DNA from: Clostridiales bacterium
Lineage (GTDB): Bacteria; Bacillota; Clostridia; Saccharofermentanales; DTU023
Reading direction: 5' to 3'
Length of the DNA: 64,000 bases
Assembly: GCA_004556925.1 (NCBI GenBank)
Contig: SFFI01000013.1
Coordinates: 11,563 to 75,562 of the forward strand
Position 1 is the stretch's first letter. Each line of letters begins with the position of its first letter. Of the stretch, positions 60,801 through 64,000 are shown in pieces. Below the pieces are notes generated by a model, which saw only the letters and a list, made by a program, of their open reading frames with translations, was not told where the DNA came from and made no database searches. A program made the translations under genes and the position numbers.

Positions 60801-60903
60801 TGGCATCGTACAACAAAACGAATACAATCCACTCAGAAATATTGCTCGGGTGCATTGGGGTGCAAAATGAAAGACTGGGTGCAGTTTAAACCCTTAGGTG
60901 CGT
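60795..60903. repeat. Copy 2 of the ~105-bp direct repeat
   Basis: See 57324-57432. About 9-12 mismatches, clustered at the distal end. Confidence 0.85.
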
Positions 60904-61138
60904 GAATCTTTCCGCTCCCATATATCCATTTAGCATAGAATACTGGGATGTCATTTCATAATGCACCAAGAGCCTCCTTTTCGATATCGTCTCTGACCAC
61001 ATAAATATATAAAAGCACAGGACAATGCGGACCACAACTCTTTTATGAAGCTCCTAAATCATTACACTTCTAATGAACGTTTAATTACTTAATTTTTAAA
61101 ATCAAGCAGTCAGTCTCCATGTGTATTAAGAGGTACCG

Positions 61139-62020
61139 TCAATAGATTCCATAAGAGAGTCCAAAAGGCATAAACCCTCGCATAAAATTGATCTCTGTTC
61201 GTTTCTCTTTTTGAAATAAAGAAGTTTCCAACTTTTTCCAACCCGCAAATTCTGCCCCATTATCTACCATGATTGTTTTGAATTTCTCTCGAAAAGCTCT
61301 CGTGCCAAGCTGCCGTTCAAGAGAATTCAGTTTCCGTAAGACCGCTTCCTGTGTTTGGCGACCAATCTTCAATAAGATACTCTCCCGACTTAAACGATCA
61401 ACCAGTGTTAAGAGACAGGTTCGATCAGCTTTCACTGACTCAATACAGTCCATCTCCCAGTGTCCTGTTTCTAAACGTTCTTGTGCTTCTTTGGGTCGCT
61501 GATCAATTCGCTTCTTATCCGGTGTGGATAGGCGTTTTTCTAGCCTCCGGTACCGTCGTTTCGGCTTTGCTCCTTTCCGTGGAAAATCCCTGCTTGTCAC
61601 ATGTAAAAAGACTTCTTTCTCAAAATAATGATAGATGGTACGAGCACAAAGTCTGGTGGCTGTTGGTCAGCCTTGTTTCTCAAAATGCATCACAATAGCT
61701 GTCGGAGAATATCTTAATTCCCCAAACGAAACCATTGCTTTCCCCAGTAGCATTTCTTCAATCGTTTGTGCAAGTTGATGATCTTGACCAATTTTTAAGG
61801 ATGGCCCTTTCTTCTCCCAATTCTTCTTCACGTTACTTTGAGCTACATAAGAAGAGTAGGCTTGATACGTTGTTAAATCACTTGCTTGTTGCTTGACCAT
61901 ACCACGTTTGAGTTCGCGGCTTAATGTTGCTTCACTCCAGCCTAGCTGGCGCGCTAATTCTTTTTGGGTGTACCGTTCTTTCTGACTGCGTTTTAGATTT
62001 TGATTATAAAGATATTCCAA
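61139..62020 (-). mobile_element. IS30-family transposase pseudogene (frameshifted and 3'-truncated)
   Basis: The N-terminal HTH ORF (YTQKELARQLGWSEATLSRELKRG) is separated from the catalytic-core ORF (GHWEMDCI...LLTLVDRLSR...IMVDNGAEF). The region after the second Asp is degenerate and the DDE Glu region is missing. Confidence 0.8.
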
Positions 62021-62171
62021 TATTTTCCGATCTTCTAATCCTTAATGCTGACCTAGTTCCTTTTCCTGCCACAATTTAAATGGCTCAAAACGATTCTCCT
62101 TTGTTTGTTTTTTCCAATAACATTGTACAGGATTGTGGAGAGCCTTTTTATTTCAGTTTATTTTACAACTC

Positions 62172-62222
62172 GCCAAAACCGTTCCGGTTTATCAGCGATA
62201 AACAACTTGGAACGGTTTTATT
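62172..62222 (-). terminator. Intrinsic terminator downstream of the hydrogenase gene
   Basis: AAACCGTTCC (62176-62185) / GGAACGGTTT (62209-62218) form a 10-bp stem, with T-rich flanks on both strands. Confidence 0.6.
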
Positions 62223-62247
62223 TATATCACCTATCAAGCAATAAAAA

Positions 62248-63993
62248 TCATTCTTCAATGAACTTTGGTCGCAATACATACTTTGTGTGTAAGAGATGAT
62301 GTGCCTTTTCGCCTCCGACTTCTCCCAGAAATTCCTGATAAAGTTTTTGTATTGATTCATTCTCATAGGATCGTCTAGTTGCTTTTTCACGATCCGCTTG
62401 ATGGATAGCTGCTTCACGCTGATCTAAAATTGTTAAATCACCATGATGGAAAGGCTGACCACCACCATCAATGCAGCCACCCGGACAAGCCATAATCTCA
62501 ATAATATCGTAATGCTTAATACCTCTACGAATATCATTCAACAAATCTGCCGCATTACCTAAACCGCTGGCTACCGCAACTTTTATTTCACGTCCCTGAA
62601 TATCGACTGTCGCTTCCTTTAAGCCTTTCACCCCGCTTAATTCAGCGAATTCAAGATTTTCTAAATCCTCACCGGTAATCATGTGATAGGCCGTTCTCAG
62701 CGCAGCTACTGAAACACCGCTGGAGGCGCCAAAAATAACACCTGCACCCGTTGACTCTCCTAATGGATCATCAAAATCGTCTTCCTCCAGTCCGGGGAAA
62801 TCCAAAGAATATTCCTTGATCATAAACGCTAACTCGCGTGTTGTAATAACATAATCGACATCAGAAACTTCATCTGACTGAGCGAGTTCCGGCCTTTTCG
62901 ATTCATACTTTTTAGCAACACAAGGCATGACGGAAACGACCACCAAATCTTTCGGATCAATCTCATATTTTTCAGCAAAATAAGTTTTGGCAATCGAACC
63001 GAACATTTCATGTGGTGATTTACAGGTACTTGGAATATCCAGCATATCGCCAAAGTTATGTTCAATAAACTTGACCCAACTTGGGCAGCAACTGGTCAGG
63101 ATCGGCAAACGACCTTTGCCGTTCAAACGATCAGCAAATTCCTTTGCTTCCTCCATTGTCGTTAAATCAGCTGCAAAATTCGTATCAAAAACATAATCAA
63201 AGCCTAAAGCCCGCAAAGCTGCAACCATTTTACCCGTGACAATCGAGCCCGGTTTCATATCAAATTCTTCGCCCAAAGCAACGCGTACTGCCGGAGCGGT
63301 CTGCACAATAACTGTTTTCGTCGGATCGCTCAAAGCTTTGATCACCTGTCGGATCTGACTAATCTCCTGCAAAGCACCGGTCGGACAAACTGCCAGGCAT
63401 TGCCCACAAAATGTACAATTGGTTGTATGCATCGGTTGATGATATTGTGTTCCGACAACTGTCGTAAAACCTCTACCAATATCCGTTAATGTTCCTACCT
63501 TTTGTACTTCACTGCACATGGTTTCACAGCGTTTACAGAGAATACATTTATTCGGATCTCTAAAGATTGAATAACTGCTGTAATCAACAGGATATTCAAT
63601 TCTCTCGCCATCATAACGTACTTTTTTGATACGAGCCAGAGCTGCCAAATCTTGCAGCTCACATTCACCATTTTTACCACAAATCAAACAATCTTTGGGG
63701 TGATTAGATAAAAGTAATTCAATATTTACTCGTCTGGAGTTGATCACTTTATGCGTATCGGTACGAATCTCCATCCCATCTTTTACTAAGGTATTACATG
63801 CCGGTACTAAAGAACCATTTTTTTGTTCAACCAGGCAAATACGACAATTCGCCTCTTTATTAATAAAACCCAGTTCATTTAAGTCAAAATGGCAAAGCGT
63901 GGGAATATTAATATTCAAGCTTTTAGCCGCTTCTAAAATCGTCGTACCTTCTTCTACCTGAATCGTTTTATTATTAATTTTAACTGTAATCAT
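62248..63993 (-). CDS. hydA: [FeFe]-hydrogenase catalytic subunit (group A; N-terminal 2Fe-2S and 4Fe-4S ferredoxin domains plus H-cluster domain)
   Basis: H-cluster motifs TSCCPSW, MPCVAKKYE and EIMACPGGCIDGGGQP; an N-terminal NuoG-like 2Fe-2S; two CxxCxxCxxxCP motifs. Confidence 0.9.
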   Translation of the reverse strand: MITVKINNKTIQVEEGTTILEAAKSLNINIPTLCHFDLNELGFINKEANCRICLVEQKNGSLVPACNTLVKDGMEIRTDTHKVINSRRVNIELLLSNHPKDCLICGKNGECELQDLAALARIKKVRYDGERIEYPVDYSSYSIFRDPNKCILCKRCETMCSEVQKVGTLTDIGRGFTTVVGTQYHQPMHTTNCTFCGQCLAVCPTGALQEISQIRQVIKALSDPTKTVIVQTAPAVRVALGEEFDMKPGSIVTGKMVAALRALGFDYVFDTNFAADLTTMEEAKEFADRLNGKGRLPILTSCCPSWVKFIEHNFGDMLDIPSTCKSPHEMFGSIAKTYFAEKYEIDPKDLVVVSVMPCVAKKYESKRPELAQSDEVSDVDYVITTRELAFMIKEYSLDFPGLEEDDFDDPLGESTGAGVIFGASSGVSVAALRTAYHMITGEDLENLEFAELSGVKGLKEATVDIQGREIKVAVASGLGNAADLLNDIRRGIKHYDIIEIMACPGGCIDGGGQPFHHGDLTILDQREAAIHQADREKATRRSYENESIQKLYQEFLGEVGGEKAHHLLHTKYVLRPKFIEE

Positions 63994-64000
63994 CTCATCA

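Overview
The window looks like a chromosomal segment from an anaerobic Gram-positive bacterium (Bacillota, probably Clostridia-like). That guess rests on a TrmFO/DprA/ComM/HU/SigA-DnaG gene set, an LPxTG surface protein, a type-A RNase P RNA and an [FeFe]-hydrogenase. All protein calls come from motifs I recognise in the supplied translations; no database search was run.

Positions 1-43,000 are an almost gap-free, minus-strand run of housekeeping genes: a yfhO-like gene, rnpB, trmK, sigA, dnaG, yajC, tgt, queA, trmFO, topA, dprA, frameshifted comM, coaE, ychF, polA, a class B PBP, an FHA-SEDS fusion, hup, ligA, valS, a radical-SAM pair, pgi, a ClpE-like ATPase and uvrA.

A lone tRNA-Glu(CUC) at 43.3 kb marks the change to accessory-looking DNA. 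It is followed by a ~960-bp ORF-free gap (43,380-44,340) holding a 135-bp nested perfect hairpin and a strictly periodic array of nine diverged palindromic units (6 at 62-63 bp spacing, 3 at 74 bp). This array is the least explainable structure in the window and my top candidate for something undescribed.

Downstream lie an esterase/condensation-like fusion with a zinc-ribbon membrane partner, an LPATG beta-helix surface protein, ispA, and an amidohydrolase/permease pair. From about 54 kb the sequence is visibly more AT-rich and full of decayed mobile and defence remnants: two TA loci with intact antitoxins but stub toxins, a truncated MarR, an Abi_2 pseudogene and an IS30 pseudogene. Two ~105-bp direct repeats bracket a YtrA-type ABC cassette. 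The window ends in an [FeFe]-hydrogenase gene. No CRISPR array, rRNA or intact mobile element was seen.
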